A stretch of 64,000 nt of DNA, taken from sequence record OP079919.1; one strand, 5' to 3'. Below, one piece after another: positions 1 to 10,210 of this stretch. The translations under genes were made by a program, and so were the position numbers. This DNA comes from Klebsiella phage KPN8. Positions within the stretch are counted from its first letter, which is position 1. Every line of letters starts with the position of its first letter. The notes below the pieces were generated by a model that saw only the letters and a list, made by a program, of their open reading frames with translations, did no database searches and was not told where the DNA came from.

Positions 1-1092
1 ACCGGAGTTAGCGAACGGGTTAGCGTCATCCACCAACATACACGCATAGTACGGAACGTTGGTATGGTTGGTCAGCGTGAACGGGTTCATCTGACGAATT
101 GGGTTGACGCCCGTTACGTTAACAAGCGCCGATTTACCGGCAGCCAGTTCTGCTGCATACAGCGCCGCACAAACTTCCTGGATGTTCTGATCGTAGACCT
201 TGACTTCGTAGAACGGAGCAGGGCGCAGAGTCACCTGACGGTTGACGTTAGCGTTGGTGAAGTCACCCACTGCAGTCGCCAGGCTGTAACGAACATCGTA
301 CTTGTCTTTGGTGTTGAACAGCGTGTACGTTGCCGATTCACCGCCATTAACGTTGGAGAAGAAAGTCGGGACGCCCGTAGAAGATTTTACGTACATTCTC
401 ATTGAGAACGGGAACACGCCGTATTCTTCAACGAAATCTGACACTGAATCCCAATCCGTGGAAGCATCGAGACCCATGGTCAAACCGTGCAGGTTATATG
501 CGTCACCAACGCCAGCCGGAAGTTCGAAGAACGGATACTGAGTAAACGTAACTTCTTCCCCATTCACCGTTTCGGTGAACGTCGATTTTACGAGCTTGCC
601 GTATTCTGGCGTGGTCGGCGCGGTAACGTCGAGCTTAACCAGTTTAACGTAAACGCCCGGCACTGCGGTACCGCCGGTAACAGGGATCAGCTCACCGTCG
701 TCGTCGAAAAGATAGCTGCCGTCAGTCGCACGCTGATACTGAGGAATAGATGTACCGTTCCCGATAGCGATGGCGTAAGCAACACGAGCTACTACGGTGT
801 TGGCGGAAACACGGCGTACGCCAAAACCACCCTGACCGCCGGAGGTGATCATCGAGATCAGCCGAGATACCGGGGAGTAGTAAGGGGTGTCAACATCCAG
901 GATATCGCCGTAAAGATTGGTAAAGTCACTTGAGTTTATGAAACTCTGTCCGAGTTCACCCTTAGGGGTGACTACGGGAATAACCGGGTAATGACAAGGA
1001 TACGTAGGCAGAGACGTTACCGGGTTTAAGCGGCCTTTATCGTCCATACCGTTATTGATGACTTGTCCCGGAATGATTTTTGTAAAGCTCAT
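1..1092 (-). CDS. abundant virion structural protein candidate (partial; N-terminus at 1092, continues past window start)
   Basis: Manual reverse-strand translation from ATG (complement of 1090-1092; GAGG RBS 8 nt upstream) gives an uninterrupted frame to the window edge (MSFTKIIPGQVINNGMDDKGRL...). Strongly GC3-rich, host-like codon usage (CTG, CCG, GGT, CGT, GAA). The three overlapping + strand ORFs in the track (64..933) are shadows of this frame. Confidence 0.5.
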   Translation of the reverse strand, partial: MSFTKIIPGQVINNGMDDKGRLNPVTSLPTYPCHYPVIPVVTPKGELGQSFINSSDFTNLYGDILDVDTPYYSPVSRLISMITSGGQGGFGVRRVSANTVVARVAYAIAIGNGTSIPQYQRATDGSYLFDDDGELIPVTGGTAVPGVYVKLVKLDVTAPTTPEYGKLVKSTFTETVNGEEVTFTQYPFFELPAGVGDAYNLHGLTMGLDASTDWDSVSDFVEEYGVFPFSMRMYVKSSTGVPTFFSNVNGGESATYTLFNTKDKYDVRYSLATAVGDFTNANVNRQVTLRPAPFYEVKVYDQNIQEVCAALYAAELAAGKSALVNVTGVNPIRQMNPFTLTNHTNVPYYACMLVDDANPFANSG

Positions 1093-1127
1093 GCTCTAAG
1101 CCTCATATTCGGAAAACGTTTTATTAA

Positions 1128-1151
1128 GATATTTTTTTGATCAAAAAAATA
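1128..1151. promoter_or_regulatory. perfect 24-bp palindrome ATATTTTTTTGATCAAAAAAATAT centred on a GATC site, in the divergent promoter region between the 1092(-) gene and the 1251(+) gene
   Basis: The sequence is its own reverse complement. It lies about 40-60 nt upstream of the highly codon-adapted minus-strand gene. A related TTTGATCAAA core recurs at 27133-27142 upstream of the other strongly adapted gene. Confidence 0.4.
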
Positions 1152-1250
1152 TAGATGGCCGGCAATCGTATGTCTAGAGTCACCATAAGTTACTCTCGTT
1201 TAATTTAACCGAACCCGGCACATAACATTCAACATAAGGAGCGGGGAGTC

Positions 1251-2129
1251 ATGCTTCTCAACGCATACGAAACCACAGTTGGCAAACCCTTTGCGATCAT
1301 GGATAAAGTCCAGGGCGTCCTAAAATCGTTAGCGACGATGGATGACTTAGACCATTCCAGTAAAGAAGGGGTTTATTTCATTACCTATGAAAACGGCAGC
1401 CAACTTCCTCTTTTTATTTTCCCTTTAAGTTTATTGGATCATCAGCGTCGTAAAATCACTGTTGTTGACAAGCGCCCCTTCTCCAATAAAAAAGACATCA
1501 TCATTAGCCCTGTGGAATTTATCGGGCAGTTCACCGCGGCGTGCATTCAGCAAGATGTGTTTGAAGGAAACTTAAACACCATCAAAAATTCTCGTTATCT
1601 GACGACTCGCGGATACGCCAAATCCCTCAGCAATCGCATTGGGCGTCAGAGCGGTTTAGACCCAAGAGAAATGATTGAGCTCGCCATCATTCTAGGTCAC
1701 TTCTTTGTATGTCTCACAGAAAAGCAAAACGACGATTACCAGTTCGTTAGCGCCAACGTACTGAAAAATGCGTTGCAATTAGATCAGAGTATGACTCAGC
1801 CTATTATTGAAGAGATGGGGTTCATTTCAACCATCCCTGAGCTGACCAAATATATCGCTGATCGACCGGGCTTTTTCAAACTGAAGAATTTCACCCAAAA
1901 AGATTTTATCGGGTTGGGTAGCAACATCATCTTCAGTAACCTCGGCAAACAGGTTGTCGGCGCAGCACTGGAACACCCTCCGTTATTTACCGGATTATGC
2001 TTTATGGCGCTGAAGAACAGAATGTACCTTCAGACTGTTTTGGGTCAGCAAATCGATCCTAAGTACAACGAAAGATTAACCGATAGTTTTGTTAAAATGA
2101 TCAACGGGAATTATCCCGTCCAACTTTAA
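1251..2129 (+). CDS. hypothetical protein (292 aa)
   Basis: Long ORF with AAGGAG RBS 7 nt upstream of ATG. No motif recognised. Confidence 0.6.
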   Translation: MLLNAYETTVGKPFAIMDKVQGVLKSLATMDDLDHSSKEGVYFITYENGSQLPLFIFPLSLLDHQRRKITVVDKRPFSNKKDIIISPVEFIGQFTAACIQQDVFEGNLNTIKNSRYLTTRGYAKSLSNRIGRQSGLDPREMIELAIILGHFFVCLTEKQNDDYQFVSANVLKNALQLDQSMTQPIIEEMGFISTIPELTKYIADRPGFFKLKNFTQKDFIGLGSNIIFSNLGKQVVGAALEHPPLFTGLCFMALKNRMYLQTVLGQQIDPKYNERLTDSFVKMINGNYPVQL

Positions 2130-2134
2130 AAGGA

Positions 2135-4738
2135 ATGGACATGAGTGTGTCGTTGGTTCAACCAAGAACTGACTTGATACGTTACGCCGAGTCCAATATG
2201 TGGTCGTCTCCCTATAACGATCAACAATTCAGGCTGGAGCTACAACGTATCAGTCCCCCAGTAGGGTTGGTCAATACCTTTACGTATATGGGTAAAGGGA
2301 GAGGATTACCCGATTCTACTACCCCTCATCACGTCTATACCCTTAGCGGTACGTCGCTAGGGTACTGGAACTTCATCAACAAAAATATAAAAACTAATCC
2401 AGTCGATACCTGGGTGAGAGTTGATTGGCTCAGCCATCAGCGTGGGGTTTATATTGAACTTTATCGTCCCGACGGCAGAATCTATCCAAGAGATTGCGCG
2501 TGGATCATGCGGACTTATGACGGGGGACACCTTCTTTGTGTGGAACGTTTAACCAACTACCCGCTGCCATTAAACGATAACTTCTATCTACGGTGTTATA
2601 CCCCTGATTGGGATATTTATCGTGGGGTGGAAGGAACCGACGAAAATAACGGGTTTCAGTATACCAGTTTCGTTGGTCCAACTCAGGCTAATCTCACGGC
2701 GCTCCAAACCCAACTCAATACGTGGAGTGGTTTAGGTGGATTATCGTCCATTTATGTCGATGGAATAAAATGTCCGTCACTTCCTACAGTGTCGGCTGTT
2801 ACGTCGAATACCATCGTAGAGATTTTCTACGATCCGACCGTTTATAGAGTCGATAACTACGACTTGAAAACTCTGCCGGACTTCTATTCTGATTTGGATA
2901 GCAAACGCAAATACATCGTTCACCCTCCTAAGGTTGAAGGTGACTGGGCTTTCCGGTACTTCGACGATTGCGACATCTACATCACGACCCCAACCGGGAA
3001 AGGACTATATTTCAATATCAATAGTCCGGATGCGTTGCGTCAACTCACTCACGCTGACTATAGTGTGAGTACTGATTACGTCGCGACCCTTATTGATAGC
3101 CTGACGGATCTTAAGAATCGAGATGACCTGAAATTGCAGGTGATTTATCGCAGCACGAACTGGAGTCACAATCTCGTATGGGAAGCCAATCGAATCAGGT
3201 ACCTTTACCGTCTTGATGATAATGGAATAATCAACGCAATGACTGCGGTCCACTCCACGCTACCTGAATGGACAGCCAGTGGTTTGGAAAATTCTTATTC
3301 CATGCTGATCAACAGACAGAAATGGGGAGAGCTGACCGATGAGAACATCGTTAAAGCATTGGGGTTCAATGCCCTGACTCAAGCTTTAGCATCGTCACCA
3401 GTTTCAATGCCCTACGTGGAAGGATACGCCGGTTATGACGTTCCAATTAGTTTCCAAGAAGCTTGCGTGGCTTTTGAGTACGATGCGGACGGTTTACTCA
3501 TTAATAACTACCCATTGACTAATGCGCTGAAATATGCTCCAACCAATCCGACCTGTGCTATGGTGGAGTTCATTGCTGGTAGTCCGGCAATCACCAGACA
3601 TCAAGTGATTGGGAGCGATCCAGTTACATTATTGAAAAACTGGTCTTATTTGGCTTTGCAATCTGGCCGGTTAGTCTCTACTGGGGAATCTGACGGGAAA
3701 TGGGTACCTGCGGTATTGGGTACTGACTATACCGTTACCAATGGTGTTCTTACCTGGATCCACGACTCAACAAACCGGATAGGTAGAGTTATCTTTAACG
3801 ATGTTTTCCTTTACAAGGATTTCACGTTATCACATCTTGATAACTCCATTTATTTCGCCATTACCGAAATATGGGAAGGCGGAGGGATAGCTGCGGATAT
3901 CGCACCGGCTAACATCTACATTTGGATGAACGGTCATCCTCTCATTCTTAACGTCGATTACGTGATGGATTACCCTAGGGTATTCATCAACAACAAGATG
4001 TATTTGAATGAGAGTGGGGAAAACGATTTTGTCGTGGCTGCGTTCGGGATAAGTACGAGTTTAACTCAGCCGGTAGAAGAATCTGAATTGGGTTATATCG
4101 TCGGCGGAACCATCGGGGTTAACGGCCGTTACAATATCCGAGATGGAAGAGATACGAGGCTTATCGCCGCGGGTCGTTTATTCCCATCTGATGGCATTGA
4201 TGATTCAGAGCAACACGCTCCTCAGAACGCCGGTTATTCTCTCAACGGTTACCCGTATCAGGTTAAGCACGTTTATCAGACCGTTCAAAAAGCGGTGGAT
4301 TTTAATAACTATCCTCGGTACGCCGAAGACAGGGATTTGGATAATCGTATCTGTACTTACCTGACGACGTATTGTGAGAAACCAGGTCCTGTCGTTTGGC
4401 CTAACATCTCCGACAAATACAGATTGTTTAGTCCTTTCCTGAATCAGATCGTAAACGCAATATTGCTGAAAATCATTACCGTCCCTGCACCAACCACAGG
4501 CGGGGTATTCAGCAAACAGGTAATCAATGAGCTAACCAAAGATTATCAATGGTTGCTTGATTACGATCCGGCTTTCTTGAAATACGACTTGCGGTATTAC
4601 ACAATCAATCCGTTTTCCATGGCGGGTATGCAAACTGTAACAACCGCCCAGTTACTCTTCATCACTCAGGTTAACGAAATCTATCTCAATAGCGCGTGCG
4701 GCATAGAGGGATATTTTGAGGTAAATAATAATGTTTGA
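2135..4738 (+). CDS. hypothetical large protein (867 aa), possibly a virion or packaging-associated protein upstream of terminase
   Basis: Uninterrupted 2.6 kb ORF with AAGGAA RBS, tightly packed with neighbours. No catalytic motif recognised. Confidence 0.6.
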   Translation: MDMSVSLVQPRTDLIRYAESNMWSSPYNDQQFRLELQRISPPVGLVNTFTYMGKGRGLPDSTTPHHVYTLSGTSLGYWNFINKNIKTNPVDTWVRVDWLSHQRGVYIELYRPDGRIYPRDCAWIMRTYDGGHLLCVERLTNYPLPLNDNFYLRCYTPDWDIYRGVEGTDENNGFQYTSFVGPTQANLTALQTQLNTWSGLGGLSSIYVDGIKCPSLPTVSAVTSNTIVEIFYDPTVYRVDNYDLKTLPDFYSDLDSKRKYIVHPPKVEGDWAFRYFDDCDIYITTPTGKGLYFNINSPDALRQLTHADYSVSTDYVATLIDSLTDLKNRDDLKLQVIYRSTNWSHNLVWEANRIRYLYRLDDNGIINAMTAVHSTLPEWTASGLENSYSMLINRQKWGELTDENIVKALGFNALTQALASSPVSMPYVEGYAGYDVPISFQEACVAFEYDADGLLINNYPLTNALKYAPTNPTCAMVEFIAGSPAITRHQVIGSDPVTLLKNWSYLALQSGRLVSTGESDGKWVPAVLGTDYTVTNGVLTWIHDSTNRIGRVIFNDVFLYKDFTLSHLDNSIYFAITEIWEGGGIAADIAPANIYIWMNGHPLILNVDYVMDYPRVFINNKMYLNESGENDFVVAAFGISTSLTQPVEESELGYIVGGTIGVNGRYNIRDGRDTRLIAAGRLFPSDGIDDSEQHAPQNAGYSLNGYPYQVKHVYQTVQKAVDFNNYPRYAEDRDLDNRICTYLTTYCEKPGPVVWPNISDKYRLFSPFLNQIVNAILLKIITVPAPTTGGVFSKQVINELTKDYQWLLDYDPAFLKYDLRYYTINPFSMAGMQTVTTAQLLFITQVNEIYLNSACGIEGYFEVNNNV

Positions 4739-6446
4739 TACCAGCACCACATCGACCACATCAAGTACGAGTGTTGCGGCGACGGGTCCTCAGTTACCTA
4801 ACTCGAATGATCTACTCACCCCACTCGATATTTCCAACCTTTACGATCCGGATACGGTAGCTGATTCTGATGCGTCAAAATACATCGTTGGTCGTGAAGG
4901 CCAAACGGTCATAGACGGATTGAACCAACGAGCTTACGTCATTACTCACGTTGGGACTGAAGATGCGAAATACAAATCAACGTTAAAACGGATAGGGTTT
5001 GTTACGGATAGCGACGACAACTCGAGTGACATCATTGGTTTACCGGGACGCTTTGCCGGCAATGGTGTTTTGGGAATCGACTACAGTGTCAGACCTCCTC
5101 GGGCTGTCATCGATGGTCGTGTATGGGCTCCTGATGCAGCCTACGGTTTGCTTTATAAAGGCGTGGTTATCGGTGATAGCGGTCAGGTCATTTCTGTTCA
5201 ATACGCAACTAATGGTGATTTGATTTCTAATCAGGTCCCGACTAAATTAGCTGCGGTTAACAACATGACCAACCACAGCATCTTCACCACTACTGCATTT
5301 TCGGTGACTCAAACGGCTGACGAACTCCCGGACGGAAGTTTGTGTACGCTGGTGTTCTTCGATGCTGCCGGTAACATGATTCCTGAACCTTATGAACTTG
5401 GCGTGATGCACACTGCGTTGCTGAGAGATCATCAGATCGGGATCAAGTATGTTTCGGCTATTGAACTGGTCTCTCCTTGGTTCACCGATACGACCGATCC
5501 TACTACGCTGAACATTCCTATCAACGTTGCGATGAGTTCGGTTCAATTCTCTGCGCGCATCCATTATAACGATGGGTCTACCAAAGAGCAATTGATTGAC
5601 GGGACCAAATGTGCGATCATCGGGCTCAATGAATATAAACCTACTACGGTGGGTCAGCGAGCTTCGATCGTACTTCGTTATTCGTTCGATGAGGACGAAC
5701 AGGCTTTAATTGCTACGCCTAATTATCCCGACATGATCACCCAGGCTTATCAGATCGTTTGTACTCAGGTTAACGGCGCCTACTCTCCAAAACTCTACAC
5801 TTATCCGGTGTGGAACGGAACAGGGTATTCGCTCAAACATTACCTGTACGATCTTACCCGTGGGTATGCGACTGACGTTACTCAGCATGTTACACTCAAC
5901 GACACGTCGCCAGCCTTCCAGCCGGCTAACTATGGCGTTCAGCAAGACATGGTGTTTAACCTGACGCTGTCAGACGTATCTTCGACGTTTAAAGCATGGA
6001 CGCTGGTACAACATACTTCTATTACGTTGTATAAAGCGAATACCGGCACGGGTCGTCGTTGGGCTATTCAGTACTCTTCTGCGAATAATCCTTACGTCGC
6101 TTATAACGTCGGGTATACCGAAGCCAATGGTGTTCAGTCCATTAACCTGGCTGGTTCCATCCTCACGATTTCTGATTGGTTGAATCGACTCTACTATCCG
6201 GTAGAACCATTGATCGATACCACGAAAGAATCGGCGGCTCTGGTTCCTAACTATATCCGGTTGGTTGACACTAACGGGGTTACTCACGACCTTGAAATCA
6301 ACGATTGGAATAAACCTCAAGCTCTCACTTCTCCTGTTGCAAGTGGCCAAACCCTCTTCCTGCAATGGATTCAGAAATCAGAGAACGGGGCCGAACTCCA
6401 ATTGGCGACCACGGGTGTTGTTGTAGACGTCGCTCCGAGCAATTAA
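4731..6446 (+). CDS. hypothetical protein (571 aa) with Ser/Thr-rich N-terminus
   Basis: ORF start overlaps the upstream stop (ATGTTTGA), suggesting translational coupling. No motif recognised. Confidence 0.6.
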   Translation: MFDTSTTSTTSSTSVAATGPQLPNSNDLLTPLDISNLYDPDTVADSDASKYIVGREGQTVIDGLNQRAYVITHVGTEDAKYKSTLKRIGFVTDSDDNSSDIIGLPGRFAGNGVLGIDYSVRPPRAVIDGRVWAPDAAYGLLYKGVVIGDSGQVISVQYATNGDLISNQVPTKLAAVNNMTNHSIFTTTAFSVTQTADELPDGSLCTLVFFDAAGNMIPEPYELGVMHTALLRDHQIGIKYVSAIELVSPWFTDTTDPTTLNIPINVAMSSVQFSARIHYNDGSTKEQLIDGTKCAIIGLNEYKPTTVGQRASIVLRYSFDEDEQALIATPNYPDMITQAYQIVCTQVNGAYSPKLYTYPVWNGTGYSLKHYLYDLTRGYATDVTQHVTLNDTSPAFQPANYGVQQDMVFNLTLSDVSSTFKAWTLVQHTSITLYKANTGTGRRWAIQYSSANNPYVAYNVGYTEANGVQSINLAGSILTISDWLNRLYYPVEPLIDTTKESAALVPNYIRLVDTNGVTHDLEINDWNKPQALTSPVASGQTLFLQWIQKSENGAELQLATTGVVVDVAPSN

Positions 6447-6458
6447 GATTCGTTATCC

Positions 6459-6498
6459 TAACTACCGGTCTGAAAAGACCGGTAGTTATATTTTATAT
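6459..6498 (+). terminator. intrinsic terminator-like hairpin (TAACTACCGGTC-tgaaaa-GACCGGTAGTTA) followed by TATTTTATAT
   Basis: 12-bp perfect stem with 6-nt loop and a T-rich tail immediately after the 4731..6446 stop. It lies inside the 5' extension of the 6365 ORF, which argues for the 6530 start of terL. Confidence 0.5.
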
Positions 6499-6529
6499 CG
6501 AGACCGAGACAAACCGACAGGATAAAACC

Positions 6530-9500
6530 ATGTTTGCAAGTAAAGACGAATTAGAACTACATCTTGCAAGAGAAAAACTTGCTATGATAGGAGCGACAGA
6601 AAGTCAGCTCCCCGAATACCTGCTCGATGACGACACAGAAGCGCTTCCCATCAGGACCCCAGAAGAATTGCTTCTAGCCCATTATCGAGAAGACACATTA
6701 AGTGCGATCAAAACGGTCAGGTTCTTAAAGGACTTCGAACGTTATAACGCTAAACCGGATCTGACGACGAAGAACATCTCTTTCTTAAAGGTTGCTGAAA
6801 TCTTTAGACTGATGGGGATAAAGAATTACTATTTCTGCCTCCAGCTCAACAATCCGTTGCTGATAGGGGTAGATCCTTACGACCCCAACCTGACAGATGA
6901 ACAAAAATTCATGATCCTCCAGGAGTGCCGTGAAAACTTCTGGTATTTCCTCCGTGAAGTACTTCATCTGAGCGGTGGTATTCAGTTCCAGGCAAACAGA
7001 GCAAACATCTGTTTCTTATGGTGTTATTTGTGCCACGTCAACACCATGCTTATCATTCCCCGCCAATTCGGGAAAAATTCTAGATTAGATTCTCTTGTAA
7101 AAATACCCAACGGTTGGAAGAAAATGGGGGATATGCGCAAGGGTGACGTAGTATCCACTCCTGATGGTAAAACGGCTAAAGTTACCGGGGTTTATCCTCA
7201 AGGTGTCACTCCTTTATATAAGGTTACTTTTAAAGATGGAAGAGAATCTTACGTCGGGTCTGATCATTATTGGACGGTATGGGATCCCGGTAAGGGTGAT
7301 GGCGGGGTCTGGCGAACACTGACCACACTCGAGTGCCAACAACGCATGACCGAGATGAAGAAAGCGCATAACTATCTTTCTGTTCCTTTGGTTCAGCCTG
7401 ATAATGATCCAGATAAGAAACTTGCCATTCATCCTTATGTTCTAGGTGTTTTACTAGGTGACGGATGCATCTCTAATAAAAGCGTTGTTGTAGCTAAACC
7501 AGATAAAGAGATGTTCGATAAGGTTACAGGGCTCATCCCTGAGTCACTAGAAACCTCATGGGTTGATGATAAGAGCTTTATCATCAGACGTAAGCCGACT
7601 AACATAACCCAGAACAATCAACTTAAAGATGATTTAACCAATCTCGATTTATTCGGATTGCGGTCCTGGGAGAAATTTGTTCCTACCGATTACTTAAATG
7701 GTTCTTATCGCCAGCGTTTAGAGTTGCTACAGGGTTTACTTGATACTGATGGACACGCAGGTACGGGTGGGAACATTGAGTATTGCACGACGTCTCCTAA
7801 ACTCGCTAAAGATTTCGTTTACCTTGCTCGTAGCATCGGGGCAATATGTTCTTGTAAAGAACGCCACACGTATTACACGCATAATGGCGAGAGACGCCAG
7901 GGGAGATTATCTTATCGCATTAGTGTTCGACACACACAGCCTTGGGAACTCTTCACGTTAAGTCGTAAACGAGATCGTTTAGTTGACAAAACACGAGGGT
8001 TAAAATTTAACAGCCGTTTAACCATGCGTTCCATTGAGTATGTGGGGGAAGAAGAGACTCAGTGCATTGAAGTGGACCATCCTGATCATCTTTACATCAT
8101 GGATGATTTCGTCGTCACTCACAACACTGTTTCTGCCCAGAGCATTATGTTCTGGCTAACTTACTTAACCGGGAAGTCTTACGAATCCCACTTAATCACC
8201 CTGAAAGACGATAACCGTAGTCAGTTCGTAGAGGCGTTAAAGGGTATCCGTAACAACATCCCGAGTTACTTAACCAACGTGGGGTGGCGAGATAAGGATA
8301 GCGGTAACTCATTAACCTATAGCGCGTTTGGGGATGATAAGAAAAACATCTTCCGTATTAGTGTACCTCAAATCGGTAGAGAGGCGGCTCGTAACGTCGG
8401 TCGTGGTTTGACTATCAAAACGCGTATGATTGACGAACCGGCATATATCAACTTCATGGAAGAGATACTTAACGGTGCGGGCCCTAGTACACTAACGGCT
8501 CGTGCTAACGCCAGAAGAATAGGTGAACCCTATGGGACGGGATTCATTACCACGCCTGCGAGTAAAACGACGGCAAGCGGCGAATACATGTACAACATGT
8601 TGATGGATGCGACCGAGTGGCGGGAAACGTTCTTCGACAGTTTTAACGAAAGTCATCTCTACCAACGTTTGATTAAAGCAAGTCCTGTGGAGGGAATCAC
8701 CAGTCCTACCGTAGGCATGGTTTTCAACTACTTGCAGCTGGGTAGGAATAAAGACTGGGTTAAGAAAACCATAGACGAGTTAAAACTCAGTTTAGCCGAA
8801 GCGAAGATCGACTTACTGTTAATGTGGGACGACGCCAGTAAAGGTAAACTTTTCGACGACTTAACTCGAGAAGCGTTAAACGAGGGTAAACGAGGAATAC
8901 TCTGGAGTCAGGAAGTAGGGAGTACGGGGTTGTTCATCGACTGGTTTATTACGCCAGAAGAACACACCCAAATCATTACTGGGAATAGTCAAACCTTTTA
9001 CGTAGTCGGTTGTGATACTTCCGCTGCGCAAAACCGAGACGCCTGTACTGTCGTGATAAGAGACGTCATGGACGGTAAAGTGATTGGGGTGGGTCGTTAT
9101 CCGATAGCCTACTTAATGGACGTGGGCGAGGTACTACAAACGATCCTGTTAGAGATTAAGAACAGCTTACTGATCATCGAGCGTAACTTCGCGCATCACA
9201 TGATCGACCAACTGCTCGTTAGTCTTCCTGCATTAGGCATCGATCCCTTTAAACGTATCTTTAATCAGATCGTACAGGATCCGGTTAAATACGAAAAAGA
9301 AATGATCGAGTTTAAACAACGTAATTTCGCTAACAGAGACAGTCACTTCTATCTGAGATTCAAACATTTGTTTGGGTTCGTTACCAACGCCAAAACGCGT
9401 GACGAAGTATATAGTTTTATCCAAGAAGCGGTAGGGACTACCGGAGATAAAATTTACTATACTAAACTCATCGACGAACTGGTCAACCTCAAAGAGAAAG

Positions 9501-9928
9501 GGGGAAGGATAGACCACGAAGCCAATAAACACGATGACCTGGTTATCGCTTGGTTGTTAGGATTCTGGTTCTTGAAACTGGGTAACAATAAAAGCGAATA
9601 CGGAATTCCTCCAGGTATTAGTTTGAGTAAAATCAGCTTGATGCGTGTTGGGGACGATAAAAATGAGGAAACCAACAGTGCGCACAATGAAGCGATGATC
9701 GCACTCTATCGTCGTAAAGTTGAAGAGCTGAGTGACAGACTCATTAAAACCACCGACAATACCGTAGCTCAAAGGATCGAGTACATGATTGACAAACTCA
9801 GCAGCATGATCCCTCAAGATAAGCGTAAGAGTTTGACCATCGATGAAATCGTTAGAAAGGCCAAGGAGGAAAGAAGTCGTCGAGTATTGGAAGCGCGTAA
9901 GTTACGCAGTCGTTACGCGTACATGTAA
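6530..9928 (+). CDS. terL: terminase large subunit (T4 gp17-like ATPase/nuclease) interrupted by an intein
   Basis: The extein around the insertion reads PRQFGK(N)|...|TVSAQSIMFWL, which matches T4 gp17 Walker A SRQLGKTTVVAIFLAHF. The C-terminal part contains FYVVGCDTSAAQNRDACTVVI and HEANKHDDLVIAWLLGFW, resembling the RNase H-like terminase nuclease. Start chosen at ATG 6530 (in frame with the 6365 ORF, downstream of the terminator hairpin). Confidence 0.8.
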   Translation: MFASKDELELHLAREKLAMIGATESQLPEYLLDDDTEALPIRTPEELLLAHYREDTLSAIKTVRFLKDFERYNAKPDLTTKNISFLKVAEIFRLMGIKNYYFCLQLNNPLLIGVDPYDPNLTDEQKFMILQECRENFWYFLREVLHLSGGIQFQANRANICFLWCYLCHVNTMLIIPRQFGKNSRLDSLVKIPNGWKKMGDMRKGDVVSTPDGKTAKVTGVYPQGVTPLYKVTFKDGRESYVGSDHYWTVWDPGKGDGGVWRTLTTLECQQRMTEMKKAHNYLSVPLVQPDNDPDKKLAIHPYVLGVLLGDGCISNKSVVVAKPDKEMFDKVTGLIPESLETSWVDDKSFIIRRKPTNITQNNQLKDDLTNLDLFGLRSWEKFVPTDYLNGSYRQRLELLQGLLDTDGHAGTGGNIEYCTTSPKLAKDFVYLARSIGAICSCKERHTYYTHNGERRQGRLSYRISVRHTQPWELFTLSRKRDRLVDKTRGLKFNSRLTMRSIEYVGEEETQCIEVDHPDHLYIMDDFVVTHNTVSAQSIMFWLTYLTGKSYESHLITLKDDNRSQFVEALKGIRNNIPSYLTNVGWRDKDSGNSLTYSAFGDDKKNIFRISVPQIGREAARNVGRGLTIKTRMIDEPAYINFMEEILNGAGPSTLTARANARRIGEPYGTGFITTPASKTTASGEYMYNMLMDATEWRETFFDSFNESHLYQRLIKASPVEGITSPTVGMVFNYLQLGRNKDWVKKTIDELKLSLAEAKIDLLLMWDDASKGKLFDDLTREALNEGKRGILWSQEVGSTGLFIDWFITPEEHTQIITGNSQTFYVVGCDTSAAQNRDACTVVIRDVMDGKVIGVGRYPIAYLMDVGEVLQTILLEIKNSLLIIERNFAHHMIDQLLVSLPALGIDPFKRIFNQIVQDPVKYEKEMIEFKQRNFANRDSHFYLRFKHLFGFVTNAKTRDEVYSFIQEAVGTTGDKIYYTKLIDELVNLKEKGGRIDHEANKHDDLVIAWLLGFWFLKLGNNKSEYGIPPGISLSKISLMRVGDDKNEETNSAHNEAMIALYRRKVEELSDRLIKTTDNTVAQRIEYMIDKLSSMIPQDKRKSLTIDEIVRKAKEERSRRVLEARKLRSRYAYM
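7079..8125 (+). mobile_element. intein (about 349 aa) with a LAGLIDADG homing endonuclease, inserted in the TerL P-loop
   Basis: Starts with Ser (SRLDSLVKIPNGWKKMGDMRKGDVVSTPDG, Hint block A-like). Block B-like region GSDHYW. Two LAGLIDADG motifs (LGVLLGDGC and LQGLLDTDGHAG). Terminal ...FVVTHN followed by Thr (+1). Removing it restores the contiguous Walker A GK[N]T. Confidence 0.75.
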
Positions 9929-9989
9929 ATTTTTATAAGTCTACATTATCATGGTGTAAACCTCAAATAAACTTTTAGGAGCTAACACC

Positions 9990-10205
9990 ATGAATAAATA
10001 CAACGTTACTTTTATCCGTCACGACGATACTCTGGTCGCTAACGTTCCTTGTGTCAACGAGGAAAAGGATGTGTTACTCGGAGGTGGGTTGGTCGATTCT
10101 CGTTTAGGTCATCTCGAAGTCGATATCAAAACGGGAACTCTCGTTCTCAGATCCAATTGCGCCAACGATTCACTCACGACGGAATGTCGCCTGCATTACA
10201 TTTAA
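9990..10205 (+). CDS. small hypothetical protein (71 aa)
   Basis: ORF with AGGAG RBS 8 nt upstream, followed directly by a strong terminator. Confidence 0.35.
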   Translation: MNKYNVTFIRHDDTLVANVPCVNEEKDVLLGGGLVDSRLGHLEVDIKTGTLVLRSNCANDSLTTECRLHYI

Positions 10206-10210
10206 CATTA

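Noticed and set aside
64-933. Three + strand ORFs (113, 79 and 148 aa) at the window start
   Set aside because: They overlap each other in different frames and lie antisense to a continuous, codon-adapted minus-strand frame that runs from ATG 1092 to the window edge. They are shadows of that gene.
6365-6529. 5' extension of the terminase ORF (starts at 6365 in the track)
   Set aside because: The extension overlaps the terminator hairpin of the upstream gene and translates to a Cys/Arg-rich low-complexity peptide. ATG 6530 is in frame and a more plausible start.
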